A stretch of 64,000 nucleotides of DNA from Octopus sinensis (lineage: Eukaryota): contig NC_043008.1 of NCBI RefSeq assembly GCF_006345805.1, forward strand, positions 78,120,001 to 78,184,000. The letters run 5' to 3'. Position 1 is the stretch's first letter, and every line of letters starts with the position of its first letter. Below, one piece after another: positions 13,487-25,941 of the stretch. Both the position numbers and the translations under genes were made by a program. The notes under the pieces are model-generated. The model worked only from the letters and a program-made list of their open reading frames with translations. It was not told the DNA's origin and did no database searches.

Positions 13487-13985
13487 ATTCAGTAGTTTTA
13501 TTTTTATAGCGTGCTTTCACTTCACTACCGAGCGCAGCTCTGTGTGCCTTGGGTATGTGCTGTGATTTGTTGTGATGCTCTGATGGTTATTGTATGGGAA
13601 GTGTTCTGCGTAGGATGTGTGCAGTACCTAGTAGTGCAATTTTCTGTATGTTATATGTGTTTGTAAGTCCTGGTGTTTTTGTTATGTATTTGTCTGAATA
13701 TTTTTTTATCATGCCTAATGCACCTACTATGATAGGAATTGTTTCTGTTTTCAGATTCCACATTCTAGTTACCTCTATTTCCAGGTCTTTGTATTTTGAG
13801 AGTTTCTCCATTTCTTTTAGAGACACGTTGTCATCTGCCGGTATTGATACATCAATTAGAAAGCATTTTTTTTCTTCATGATTTCTGACAACTATATCTG
13901 GTCTGTTGGCCTTAATTTCTCTATCTGTGTGTATCGGCATATCCCAGAGTATGGTTGCTTTCTCGTTTTCTGTGACCTTTTATTA
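13487..13985 (-). mobile_element. R4/Dong-clade 3' fragment (copy 2, tandem with copy 1)
   Basis: ORF 13587-13940 HTDREIKANRPDIVV..CFLIDVSIPADDN..KEMEKLSKY (PD-(D/E)xK restriction-like endonuclease); near-identical to copy 1; within (ATT)n/(CAT)n. Confidence 0.92.
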
Positions 13986-13997
13986 TTATTCTAGACC

Positions 13998-14053
<56 letters not shown>

Positions 14054-14086
14054 ATCATTATCATCATCATCATCATCATCATCATC

Positions 14087-14142
<56 letters not shown>

Positions 14143-14158
14143 TATTATTATTATTATT
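13978..14158. repeat. (ATT)n/(CAT)n trinucleotide microsatellite
   Basis: Direct reading. Confidence 0.97.
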
Positions 14159-14159
14159 G

Positions 14160-14712
14160 AGTGAGAGAGCAGTTCATGCCATCAAAGTGACACTGGGGTA
14201 AAATATACGAAGCCCAATATACCCATCATGACTACCCGTCTGATAAAGGTACACCAGGCACATGCATCACAACCATATGTGCGCGACATGGTGATCTCAT
14301 ATTAAGATAAACAGCACATGACCTTGCAGGTGGGGCCCAGTTAGAATTTTCTTCAGGTTGAGTAGCCCATCCCGCTCAAACGGTCCCTGAATAAGGGTTG
14401 TTTAAGGATGTTGAAAGAACCACCCATGTTTCCAGAGGTGAACTATTCAAACCCCAAAGAATCCCTCTCAACACATGGCTATGATGCTCCCCCACTACTT
14501 CTGCTCGTGATCAGAGATGCACATATCGTCAGCTACTAAGGGACATGCTCAACTGGTTAAGGTCAAACAACTGACAAGCAAATCTGTGGTATTGAGCAGA
14601 ATATTTGCTGTAGCCCATCTTTTATACCAAGACAAAACAATGTACATGATAACACTTCCAATCAGTTAAGATCAGAAGCCATGAGAGCCACTGCCTGGTA
14701 CTGCATCAGGGC

Positions 14713-14717
<5 letters not shown>
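14160..14717 (-). mobile_element. About 560 bp non-coding block between (ATT)n tracts, probably a non-autonomous retroposon
   Basis: Sharp boundaries against (ATT)n on both sides, higher GC, no ORF; recalled as an abundant octopus repeat but only one copy is in the window. Confidence 0.4.
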
Positions 14718-14772
<55 letters not shown>

Positions 14773-14789
14773 CCTATCATCTATTACTA

Positions 14790-15300
14790 TTCGCCTTAGA
14801 GATAGAACTATGGGTTGTCATTAGGGAGTGAAAATTTCAATTAGTAATATAATAAGAGTCAATAATAGCTTTAATGGTTTTTAAAAAAAAACAATAATTA
14901 TTTACGGGTAGATTTCGGCATGTAAATATAACCATTAACGCTAGGAACTTTTATAAAATTTCAATACATATTTTTGTATATAAATGGAGTTTATATTCCT
15001 AATCTAGAAACGCGTTCGTAAATAACCATTAGACTTTTCTTCCTTCTGTTTTGCATATGTGAATTACAGGGATATGTCGTATGTGGATTCTCATTTGTAG
15101 AAAATAGAAATAAACAGTCTTTGACTGCTATTTCTAATATCTTCGGTATGTGGCTAAGCAACTTGTTGCCTGCCTCTTTTATTTATATAAAAACCTATAT
15201 ATTGAACTTTTATAAAAGCTCCTACCGTCAATGGCTATATTTACATGCCGAAATCTACCTGTAAATAATTTTTGTTTTTTAAAAAAAACATTAAAGCTAT
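14790..15300. mobile_element. Fold-back repeat, family copy 1 (about 100 bp arms around a 200 bp module)
   Basis: About 14880-14985 is the reverse complement of about 15200-15295; head and arms recur at 58783-59065; the central module recurs inverted at about 58410-58590. Confidence 0.75.
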
Positions 15301-15801
15301 ACTGGAAATATGTCAAGGCAGACAGGAAGCGTCGATGTTTCCTAGGGCTAAATAGCGGTGATATAAAAATATGTATATTCGGGCACTGATGTAAGTGGTG
15401 CGAATCTAGTATTTTCCCATGATTCTAAATTCTTTGAGATTGATGAATTTTGAACCATATATATCGGAATTTGTTTGGTATACCACGGAAATTTCATTAT
15501 ATTCTGTAGTAACCAATCAGAAGACAATTCAACATCTAAACTGCTTTTTCACTTTTTATTTTTTTTATTTTTTTATACAAGCTGTTGTTTTACTGTTGAA
15601 GAAGTAACTCAGCTCACAACTGGAAACATTTAAATTCAAAAACTTTTTAACATTTTAACAGCAAACTGAATTTAAATGTTTAGACACTCCTTCAGGTACT
15701 CAACACTTTTTTCTTCGCTAAGTCATACAAACACACACACACACATACACACTCACACGTACACACACACACAAGCACGCGGGCTTGTGTGTGTATTTAT
15801 T

Positions 15802-15933
15802 ATTCTTTAACAAGAATGATATTGACAGTGACTTTGAAGTTTTGGCCAGCCGAGCCACCATCGAACAGTCTGATGATGCCTTAATTGGTCGTAGCTTCGA
15901 AGTCAATGTCAATACTATTCTTGTTAAAGAATG
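15802..15933. repeat. Short inverted repeat (about 40 bp arms)
   Basis: TATTCTTTAACAAGAATGATATTGACAGTGACTTTGAAG versus CTTCGAAGTCAATGTCAATACTATTCTTGTTAAAGAAT; spacer contains CTGATGA. Confidence 0.7.
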
Positions 15934-16049
15934 ATACATTTTTACTTTGTTGAAGTACAGAGAAACTCTTCCGACTAATGTATGATAGCCTTTATTATAA
16001 CTGAACATCAAAAGAAACATGTGTGTGTGTTTGTGCATACGTGTGCGTT

Positions 16050-16089
<40 letters not shown>

Positions 16090-16269
16090 TTTAGGATTTC
16101 GTTTGTAAGATTGCCTTTGTAAAGTCTTTCTTCAAGCTGATACTGCTGTATCTTTAGAGGATCACAATGCCAATAATAAACACACGCACTGGTTCAATTT
16201 CACTTCTAGCTCATAGAACCAACTACACCACACGAACACGTATCAACACAATCACACACATGTATCAAC

Positions 16270-16307
<38 letters not shown>

Positions 16308-16617
16308 ACACACACACACACAGCATCTCCTTTTCTTTCCTTCCCTTGTCACATGCATATCCATACCACTACATAATTACTAAACCTGAAAGAAGACAGA
16401 CAGTCCCGAAGCTGACTTGGAGTAAGAAGAATACGTCAATGAAAGTATTGCGAATGGCAATGAAAGAACTTTGACAAACTTATTGATTGATTAACTGATT
16501 AATAAATCAGTTTGTTGGTTAAATAGCGAACGAATTGACGAATAGTTATGAAGAAATGAAATTGAACCAGTGTGTGTGTTTATTAATGGTATAATGACCC
16601 TCATGAGATAAAATAAC

Positions 16618-17000
16618 GCAGGAGTGGCTGTGTGGTAAGTAGCTTGCTTACCAACCACATGGTTCCGTGTTCAGTCCCACTGCGTGGCACCTTGGGCAAG
16701 TGTTTTCTACTATAGCCTCGGGCCGATTAAAGCCTTGTGAGTGGACTTGGTAAATGGAAACTGAAAGAAGCCTGTCGTATATATGTAGATATATGTGTGT
16801 GTGTGCTTGTCTCCCCAGCATCGCTTGACAACCGATGCTGGTGTGTTTACGTCCCCGTAACTTAGCGGTTCGGCAAAAGAGACCGATAGAAAAAGTACTA
16901 GGCTTACAAAGAATAAGTCTTGGAGTCAATTTGCTCGACTAAAGGCGGTGGTCCAGCATGGCCGCAGTCAAATGATTGAAACAAGTAAAAGAGTAAAAGA
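16618..17000 (+). mobile_element. tRNA-derived SINE (near full length, interrupted by a short microsatellite)
   Basis: A-box-like TGGCTGTGTGGT, B-box-like GTTCAGTCCC, central CACCTTGGGCAAGTG domain, AT-rich tail AAGTAAAAGAGTAAAAGA; related fragments at 5.9, 18.7, 35.3 and 35.7 kb. Confidence 0.88.
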
Positions 17001-17209
17001 TATATATATATATATCTTTTACTTTTATATATATACATATGTGTGTGTGTATGTGTGTGTATGAGAGAGAGAGACAGAGACAGAGAAAGTAAATACGCAT
17101 GTGAAGAATGAAATCCAGGGGCTCCTCCTAAAAATAGAATAAGATTAATTTTAAAATGCATATATAGATGCACAAAATATACAGATAGATAACACACATG
17201 TATACCAGC

Positions 17210-17241
<32 letters not shown>

Positions 17242-17460
17242 TTCCTTTTAGTAATGTTAGGGATATGCAAATAAAGTTCCTGTTTCATTATGCTGGCTAC
17301 CGTTTAATGATACTGACTGGTAAGTCAGATTTTCAGGGTTGCATCATGGATATACCGATATAATGTGATATACCGATATAATAACAATAATACTAGGATG
17401 GAATTTATAAATATTTAATACATCGCTACGTACGTTTCTACATATCTGATGTGGAAAAAA

Positions 17461-18300
17461 TACAGCTGAATGCTTGAAAAAGCAGTCAGGTGTTTCAAAC
17501 AGATGCGCGTATGCGATTTACCATCATCCGAATTAATGGTACGTTTGAAGCGGATGGAATTGTTCACAATGTCCACAAGAAAGATTCTAGATGACTGTGG
17601 GTGCCGATGAACCCCACAAAGTAAGAAAGGGTACTAGAAATCTATTGACAGAGTTGGTGATAATTTGTGTGGCAAGCGAGCCATGAGATAGGATCTTCAA
17701 AATCAAACGTCCCTCGTACTTTGAAGCGCAGTCACTGGAAAAGTTGCATTCCAAAGATAGGCCATACTCGCAATGAAGAAGATAGGAGTTATGCGATTGA
17801 TACTCGGCAAGGTGTGTAAAATTTATTTGGTGTGTACGTATATACATGTAAATATCCATGTATAATTACACACAAGAAGTATTGAGTAAGCAAGTCTTTT
17901 TAATACAATAATTTACAACTATGAAAATTAAATGTCTGAATTAATTGCCTCTGTTGCATCTACAAGTGATCTGAAAATCCTCATATTACGGACTAATATT
18001 ATCTTAATTCATCAGGAGTTACTGTATGATATGGCTTATCATCAAAACGTTTAAATGGACGTTCTTTTTTTACTGGTTCCATTTGAACATTCTGTCATCC
18101 CAAGTATTCAAGAGGACTTTGAAAATGCCAAGTTTTAATTCTGGCAAGATGGGGCATTAACACAATGTCGTAGTAGTGTCAATTCTACCTGAATACTTTT
18201 CACCAGAAAGTTGAATTAGATGAAAAAGTGCAGTGGAATACCCCCTGAGATCACCCCATCTCACACCAAAAAACATTTTTATAGGGAAACTGAAAAGCTG
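17461..18300 (+). mobile_element. Highly degenerate Tc1/mariner-like transposon (DUF4817-HTH type)
   Basis: Pieces ASHEIGSSKSNVPRTLKRSHWKSCIPKIGHTRNEED and FWQDGA...RSPHLTP resemble QQDGAPPH / WPPRSPDLTP transposases. Confidence 0.6.
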
Positions 18301-18439
18301 AAGTTATCACTACTACCTGGGTCCCACAGTGGACAGTGCCATCCTACAACCCACTGACCACCACCAGATGGCACGCGTGCCCGTGTACCGTCCCGATTTA
18401 TACCTGTACTTGTCCAAGCGTAGCGCCTCAAGATTCTCT

Positions 18440-18660
18440 CCTATGAAAAGGATATGTGTAAAGCGTGTCGTCTATAAGTGCACAAAGATAAATAGGATCC
18501 ACCGCGGACCTCATCAAGTGGAAGATTTATGCGCATCTAAACTCATTTAATAACGCCAAATTCAGGCTCGCTACATCTGATAACTGAAGAGATGGTGGCA
18601 TGGATTTCCACCTCGGCATCCGAAACTAGGAGTTTTACCTTGGCTACCGAATAATTGTCA
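18440..18660 (+). mobile_element. PLE GIY-YIG remnant ending in a hammerhead-like motif (18579-18639)
   Basis: SVVYKC..IGSTA..AHLNSFNNAK-like translation followed by GAUAA-CUGAAGA-GAUG..CAUC-C-GAA-ACU(AGG)AGU-U-UUACC; same stem II family as 33835-33897. Confidence 0.6.
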
Positions 18661-18715
18661 CATACTACATTTACATATATATATATATATATAGTCAAAT
18701 ATAACGAATCAGTAT

Positions 18716-18830
18716 TTATTTTTTTAAAAGCCTGGTACTTATTCTATCGGTTTCTTTTGCCGAACCGTTGATGTACGGGGACGTAAACACATCAGCACCG
18801 GGTGTCAAGTAGTGGGAAGAGAGGCAAACA
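18716..18830 (-). mobile_element. SINE 3' half fragment
   Basis: Reverse complement of the 16830-16915 segment (TACTTATTCTATCGG..TTTTGCCGAACCG..GGGGACGTAAACAC). Confidence 0.8.
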
Positions 18831-18849
18831 CAGACACAAAGACCCACAC

Positions 18850-18888
<39 letters not shown>

Positions 18889-18991
18889 TCCAAACAAGAA
18901 AACACAGAAAAAAACACAGAAAAAACACAGTTACGTGAGGACGTGGAACAATTAAAGTATTATTTGACGCTCAGGAAAGAAGGGAAGGAGG

Positions 18992-19026
18992 GTTTAACGT
19001 TTCGAGCGGAGCTCTTCGTCGGAAAC
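18992..19026 (-). ncRNA. Minimal type I hammerhead-like motif with U4C core
   Basis: Minus strand: GUUU-CCGACGA-A-GAGC(UCC)GCUC-GAA-ACGU-U-AAAC; stems I and II pair perfectly and stem III is the palindrome ACGU. Confidence 0.6.
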
Positions 19027-19169
19027 AAGGAGAAGGAAGGATCCCGAGAAGAGAAGACAGGGAAAAAAATGTTTTTGCTGGTAGTGCTCAAGATATCACA
19101 TGTTGAAAGAACAGAAGTTGAGAGGTAGACGAATCATGATTTTTAAAAACAAGAGAGTTTCAAAGACAA

Positions 19170-20819
19170 GGAATGTGTGTGGGTGCGTGTGTGTGTGTGT
19201 GTGTGTGTGTGCAAGGATGACAAGTGTGTTTGTGCGTGCGTGCGTGTGTGTGTGTATGTATGGTGAATAATAGGCATAGCAAGCTAGCTGCCATAAAGGA
19301 GTGGCACTTGTTGTATCCAGCCAGGTCAAAACCAGATCAAAAAACAAAGGGGTATATGTGTGTGCGTGTAAGTATATCTATCATGTGTGTGGGTTGTTTG
19401 TAGTGTGTGTGTGTGCATGTGTGTGTTCGTGTGTGTATGCGTAGAGTTTGGGTGTGTGGCGAGTAACCGTGCTTAACCTAGTGTATGTGTGTGTGTGTGC
19501 TTGTACGTGCGTGTGTGTGTGTAGGGATGTATGTGTGGGTTCATTTGTGTGAGTGTGTATGTATGTACGTGTATGTGTGTGCGAGTATGTGTGCGTTTGT
19601 ATGTGTTTATGTGTATGTGTGCGTGCGCGGATAGGTGTATATTGTGTATGTATACCTGTCGGTGTGTATGTGAGTTTGTGACTGTTTGTAGTGTGTATGT
19701 GTGTGCGTGTATATATGTAAATGTGTGTGTGTGTGCGTGTGTGTGTACGTGCGTGCGAGTGAATGTATGTATATATGTGTGCGTGTGTGTACAATGTAGA
19801 GGCTTATATGTGTGTTTATATGTTTATATGTGTGTATGTATGTATGTATGTATGTGTGTATGTGTGTAAGTGTGTGTGTGTATGTATGTGTATGTATGTA
19901 TGTATGTGCGCATGCGTGTATGTGCGCATGCGTGTATGTGCTTGTATATGTATGTATGTATATGTATGTGTATGTATGTATCTATGTATGTATGGGTGTA
20001 CGTATGTGTGTGTATGTTTGTATGTGTGTATGTGTACGTATATGTGTATATGTATGCGTGTGTGTATGTATGTATGTGTATGTGTGTGTATGTGTGTGTG
20101 TATGTATGTGTGTGTATGTATGTATGTGTGTATGTGTGTGCATGTGTGTATATGTGTGTGTATGTATGTGTGTGTATGTATGTGTGTGTATGTATGTGTG
20201 TGTATGTATGTATGTGTGCCTGCGTGTATGTGTGCATGTGTGTGTGTATGTATGTATATGTATGTGCGTGTGTGTGTATGTATGTATCTATGTATGTATG
20301 TATGTGTGTATGTATGTGTGTATGTGTGTATGTGCGTGTATGTGTATGTATGTATGTATGTATGTATGTATATGTATGCGTGTGTGTATGTATGTGTGTA
20401 TGTGTGTGTGTATGTGTGTATGTATGTATGTATGTGTGTGTGTATGTATGTGTGTGTATGTATGTATGTACGTACCTACGTATGTATGTGTGTGTGTATG
20501 TGTGTAAGTGTGTGTGTGTGTGTATGTATGTATGTACGTATGTGTGTATGTATGTATTTATGCATGCGTGTATGTGTGTATGTGCGTGTGTGTACGTATG
20601 TATGTATATGTATGTGTGTGTGTATGTATCTATGTATGTATCTATGTGTGTAGTGTATGTATGTGTGTGTGTGTGTTTGTATGTATGTATGTGTGCATGC
20701 GTGTATGTGTGTATGTGTGTGTGTATGTATGTATATATGTGTGTGTGTATGTGTGTGTCTATGTATGTATATGTGTGTGTATGTATGTACGTATGTATGT
20801 ATGTATGTATGTATGTATG

Positions 20820-20853
<34 letters not shown>

Positions 20854-20857
20854 ATAC
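19170..20857. repeat. Very long compound (GT)n/(ATGT)n/(TA)n microsatellite
   Basis: Direct reading; source of the 230-350 aa VCM/HTY ORFs. Confidence 0.97.
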
Positions 20858-21875
20858 TTTGATAGGTTTCGGCCATTATTGGCCCAGGCCATGTCTAACT
20901 TAATAGCACCACCTGGTGAAGTCTTTCAAGTCAGAATTTGGGCACTATGGCCCACTCAAGTAGAGAGTTATTGTTTACAGAGACATATCCGGGTGTAGGG
21001 GGTTTATCCGGGATTTCTTAAAGAGAGCGGGGCCAATTGAGGTGAAATAATTGTGCCGTATTGTTGTTATGAGATGAGAGTGCGATTTTTGTTTTGGGCG
21101 GATGGCACGGGGCCCAAGCCTTGGATGTACCTTAAAGGTGATGCCAACATCATTTGGGCAATGCTGATGGAATATTTTCCACATCATGCAGATGATGTAG
21201 CGCTCACGACGACGTTGGAGAGAATAGAGTTTTAGCTTTTCTAGTCGACCCCAATAGTCGAGGCCTGTCATGCCATCTATCTTTTTTGTGATTGCCCTTT
21301 GAGGTGCTTCAACTTTTATGATACCTTGTATTGTGTGGGGAGACCACAGTGGACAACAGTATTCAAGGTGGGGTCGGGCAAAAGTGGAGAAGAGAAGGAT
21401 AATGGTGTGGATATCTCTCGACTGGAAAGTTCTGAGAATCCAGGAACACATTCTGCGGGCCATGTCAACTTTGGTGTTTATATGAGTGGCCCAGCTTACG
21501 TTGTTGTCCACAATTACTCCCAAGTCTGATGTTGTTGGACGCCGCGAGAGTTTCACCTGAAGGAAGGGAGTATGGGAGTTTCAGGGCATCCTCTTTTCCA
21601 AAGTGGATTAGCTCAAATTTATCCTCGTTCAGCAGCATATTGTTTTTTTCTGCCCATTGGATAACAGCCAGTAGATCTGACTGAAGGCATGTCCGGTCAC
21701 TCGCCTCATTTATGACCTTCTGTAGCTTGGAGTCATCTGCAAAGATTTTTATGTTGCTGTGCTTGATGATGTCATTAATGTCATTAATGTAAATGATGAA
21801 AAGAAGTGGGCCCAGCACAGTGCCTTGCGGAACGCCACTACTGACTGAAGAGGTGTATTTCCACGCAGGAGGAAA
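20858..21875 (-). mobile_element. 5'-truncated CR1-clade LINE (RT C-half and 3' UTR)
   Basis: SSGVPQGTVLGPLLFIIYIND..KIFADDSKL (21465-21911) then DLGVIVD...RPHLEYCCPLWSP...LERLKLYSLQRRRER-like (20975-21556); one frameshift; ends at (TA)n. Confidence 0.95.
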
Positions 21876-21894
21876 TATAGGAGAATTTGTTTTG

Positions 21895-22623
21895 GGGATG
21901 TGAAAATGCATCTGAATTTGAAAAACGTGTAGTTGTTTTTAAATAGACTTATTCACATATATACCAAACTAGTTTCAACACTCTTTGTTTATCAACGATG
22001 CAAATGCATATAAAACAATGGGATTTTAACAGAATTTAGAATTACGAAGTAGAAATTGAACAAACATGTGTAAACGATCAAATTTAATGCGTTTCACAGG
22101 CATAGATAATACCAAAGTAAATATTCGGCGAAGAATATAACAAATGTACATTACTAAAAGTTCGGTCATATTGAGTATTATCATACACCTCAAATATCAG
22201 CGGCTTAAGAGAATCAACTAACCGGAACGGTTGATGTCCATTACGCAAAAACTAATGACCGGGAAGTCAGTCAAGCAGAACACCAAACTTCACCAAAACA
22301 AAACAAAATAATGTGACGCCACGAAACCTATTACCTATCAAAATTTGTTTCTATGTACAAGGAACCAACCAACCAACCAATTATCCAACCAGAAAACTAA
22401 TGAAAAACAAACTCTATCTTTTGATCAAAAACATCCACCAGAAATAATAAGACGTCATCAAAATTATAACGAATCCAAAATTAGACCTTTTCGCGTAAAA
22501 ACATTTATATACACAAGATATTCTCTTATCCACACAAAACACCATTAAAAGCGAAGAGCCCCGTACGCGACGGAAAAAGAACCACACGCACGACGACAGA
22601 AACTGTAAGAACATTTTTCTTGT

Positions 22624-22655
<32 letters not shown>

Positions 22656-23695
22656 CCTTGTTTTGTCTCTCTTTTGTTCACGTATTCTATAAAAACTCAA
22701 TATGACCGAACTTTTAGTTAACGTACATTTGTTATATTCTTCTCCAAACATTTCCTTTGATATTGTCTATGCCTGTGAAATTCATTGAATTTTATGTAAA
22801 CGTTTGATCATTTCGATATGTTTGTTCGATTTCCACTTCGTTATTTTACATTCTGTTAAAAACCTTTTGCTTTATATACATTTGTACCATTGATAAACAA
22901 AAATCTGTAGAAACAAGTTTGGTATATTTGTGAATAATTCTATTTAAAAACAACTACACACTTTTCAAATCCAGGTGCCCTTTCAAACTCCAAGAACAAA
23001 TTCTCATATATATATACATTACATATGTTTCAACCAAAGATTTGATCCAGGCCATGTCTAACTTAATAGCTAAATTCTTTTTAAGTCAAGATTTTTGGTT
23101 TCATTGTCCATTCGGATAGTGAGTTCTTGTTGAATGAGTTCTATCACGGCATACGTGGCTTATCTGGTATTCCTGGAAGAAATTTGTCCAGATTTCGTTT
23201 AAAGGTGATAGGATCCTTTTCCTCTTTGATCTGTACCGGATGGTACTTAGGATCCAGGCGCTCATCCCATGAGCTATATCGACTTTATTGTTGATGTTGG
23301 CACTCCAGCTACGATATCAACAATTACTCCTAGGTTTCTGATATTATTACACGCTGTGAGTGGCTGAATGAAGTATGTATGGCTGTTTTCGTCCCCTTTT
23401 CTCTTCTCTCTTTTGTTCACGTATTCTATAAAAACTCAATATGATCGAATTTTTAGTAATGTACATTTGTTATATTCTTCGCCAAACATTTATTTTGATA
23501 TTATCTATCCCTGTGAACCTCATTGAATTTTATGTGAATATTTGATCGTTAAAACATGTTTGCTCGATTTCTACTTCGTTATTTTCAATTCTGTTAAAAT
23601 CCCCTTGTTTTATATACATTTGGTTTGTATGTGAATAAATCTGTTTGAAAACAACTACGTTTTTCAAATTCAGGTGCACTTTTAAGCCCCCAAAA
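21895..23695. repeat. Three diverged copies of an about 290 bp AT-rich repeat (21895-22175 minus; 22665-22985 and 23400-23695 plus)
   Basis: Shared CTCAATATGA(C/T)CGAA.TTTTAGT..GTACATTTGTTATATTCTTC ... AACAACTAC..TTTTCAAAT.CAG.TGC. Confidence 0.8.
23040..23370 (-). mobile_element. Short degenerate CR1 3' fragment
   Basis: Shares CCAGGCCATGTCTAACTTAATAGC with the 20885-20910 CR1 tail; minus strand NLGVIVDIVAGVPTSTIK remnant. Confidence 0.7.
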
Positions 23696-23708
23696 CAAAT
23701 TCTATATG

Positions 23709-23759
<51 letters not shown>

Positions 23760-24081
23760 AAATTTAGAGGACTGACCACTATATGCTAGATATAGACGTC
23801 ATATATTTATATATAAAAATATAAATATAAATATATATATTGAATTATTTATGATATATCTTTCTTAACGTATTTTCACATTCCCCTTTTATTATTTCAT
23901 TTTTCACTCATATCTAGTTTATCGCCTTGGCTCGATTTACTGGTATTTCCTTATAAACGCTGTGCATGATGTTGGAATTTAGAATTTGAATGCGTGGATA
24001 GAGGCTGACACATTACTCTTGCCGGTCGGAACATATGTTAAGTGCCAAGGTATGTTTTTTTGTGTTAATTTGTATCTAGAA

Positions 24082-24151
24082 GTATGTTCTCCTGAAGAGA
24101 AGAGTTGAACCGTTTTGGTTCCTAACTTCGAAATTGCAATAGAGAACTTAC
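24082..24151 (+). ncRNA. Type I hammerhead ribozyme motif with intact core (PLE type)
   Basis: GUA-U-GUUCUC | CUGAAGA | GAAG..GAACC(GUUUU)GGUUC..CUUC | GAA | AUUGCAAU (perfect palindrome) | A | GAGAAC-U-UAC; predicted cleavage after A24141. Confidence 0.85.
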
Positions 24152-24339
24152 CTTTCATTTAAGCTTTGAACTTTGTGTCAATGTTACTCGCCGACAGCTT
24201 TATTGTGAAGAGATATATGATTGGTTATAATGGCTTTAAGGCGGTTTTGACTGCTATTCCTAGACATGTAAGTGTTTTAGCAACCCTCCCCATTATAATT
24301 GAGATTTATTCATAAATATGCACACTTCTTATACACACA

Positions 24340-24542
<203 letters not shown>

Positions 24543-24571
24543 TCAAAATAAGCAACAAGAATGACTCCGGT

Positions 24572-24655
24572 AATTTGGTACAATTGTTTCGCACTACATC
24601 TTTTTATTAAAAGTTGTAAAACAGATTTAAGATGCTGAGTGCTCATCAGCCAATT
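24572..24655 (-). ncRNA. Type I hammerhead ribozyme motif with intact core, at the 3' end of the adjacent PLE
   Basis: Minus strand: AAUUGG | CUGAUGA | GCAC-U..G-CAUCUU...AAGAUG-U-A-GUGC | GAA | ACAAUUGU (perfect palindrome) | A | CCAA-A-UU; GUA triplet, cleavage between 24579 and 24578. Confidence 0.85.
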
Positions 24656-25879
24656 ATATAGGTTTTCCATTAATATAAAAGCTTTCAAATCAAGTAGCAA
24701 CATTATAGAGAAGGTAGATATACAGACAAAGATGTAGATTTAAATTTTAGGAACATATGAGGTAGTGAAGTCCAACCACTGACTGACCAAGCTATGGTTG
24801 TATCTAACTGCTATAAGGTTAAAAGTAATAAAGATTTTTTAGTTGTAGGAATGGGGTAAAGGAGGTTACATAATACCATAAAAGGAATTAAAGTTGAAGA
24901 CAGTAGTTGCCACTAACAAAATGCCAATTACTACTATTTGGTGAGAGAAATTAGGTCAATGTCAAATAGTCATTAATCCCCTTTACTTATTATTATGAGT
25001 AGGCATAGTATTTTATAACTGGGGGGAAGCCTTATTAATTTTAAAACTAGATTAGATTTAGAAAAAAATCCAATTTCAAGTTTACAGTGAAGTTTTTTTA
25101 GTCATCTATGAAAGTTAAATTGAAAGCTAGTATAGTATATTTCTTATTATTATTATAATAAAAAGTTAAAAGTTGAAAAATATAGGAATACTCACAATTT
25201 TTATTTAAAGTATTTAAACGTTCGGGTTGTGGAATGTATTCAAGATAATCCCAACAGATTTATATTACTCTGACGTTTTAAAATTCCATAAGTTTACATA
25301 GAACAAAGTTGACAACCTTCCCTACTATTTCTATAAGGTTTCGTCCTTCTAACTATATCCTATTTTAGGTTGAATCCTATATTATTTGTTTTTAGTTCCC
25401 AAATTTTGCTAGATTGTGTTGTGCAACCTGCCTTATGTTTTAGTCTAAAAGATGAAAAATGATTGTTAAGACGTCTTTTAAGATCCACCGAACATCCGAA
25501 ATAAAGAAAGCTATTGTTAGAGGTTATTATAGTGCATTTATAAATTACGTTTTGGACCGAACAACGACCAGATACCGGACATTTTAATCTTATCCTACAA
25601 TTACAACTGAGGGGATAGTATTCAGTTCTGGAATTATTTAAGGATAGTTCACTCACATTACTGTTATTTAAATTATTATTAGTATTAGTATTACTTTCAT
25701 TATTAGTAATCACGTTGTTATTCAAATTAGGGTTACTAGTTATTAATCCATTCTTACCATCATTCCCACCTACCATACTTTTATCTATGCTACCTATATT
25801 ATTGGTATTGTTATTATCACTATTTATATCAATATTGTTATTATTATTATTGTTATCATCATTATTAATATTATTTTTA

Positions 25880-25941
<62 letters not shown>

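Noticed and set aside
20862-20895. GGCC..GGCC-GAAAC at the CR1 tail as a hammerhead
   Set aside because: Core incomplete (CUGG), no stem I or III; more simply a CR1 3' UTR hairpin
19381-20998. Long ORFs of 230-350 aa (VCMY / HTYI repeats)
   Set aside because: Stop-free translation of (GT)n/(ATGT)n microsatellite in several frames on both strands; not genes
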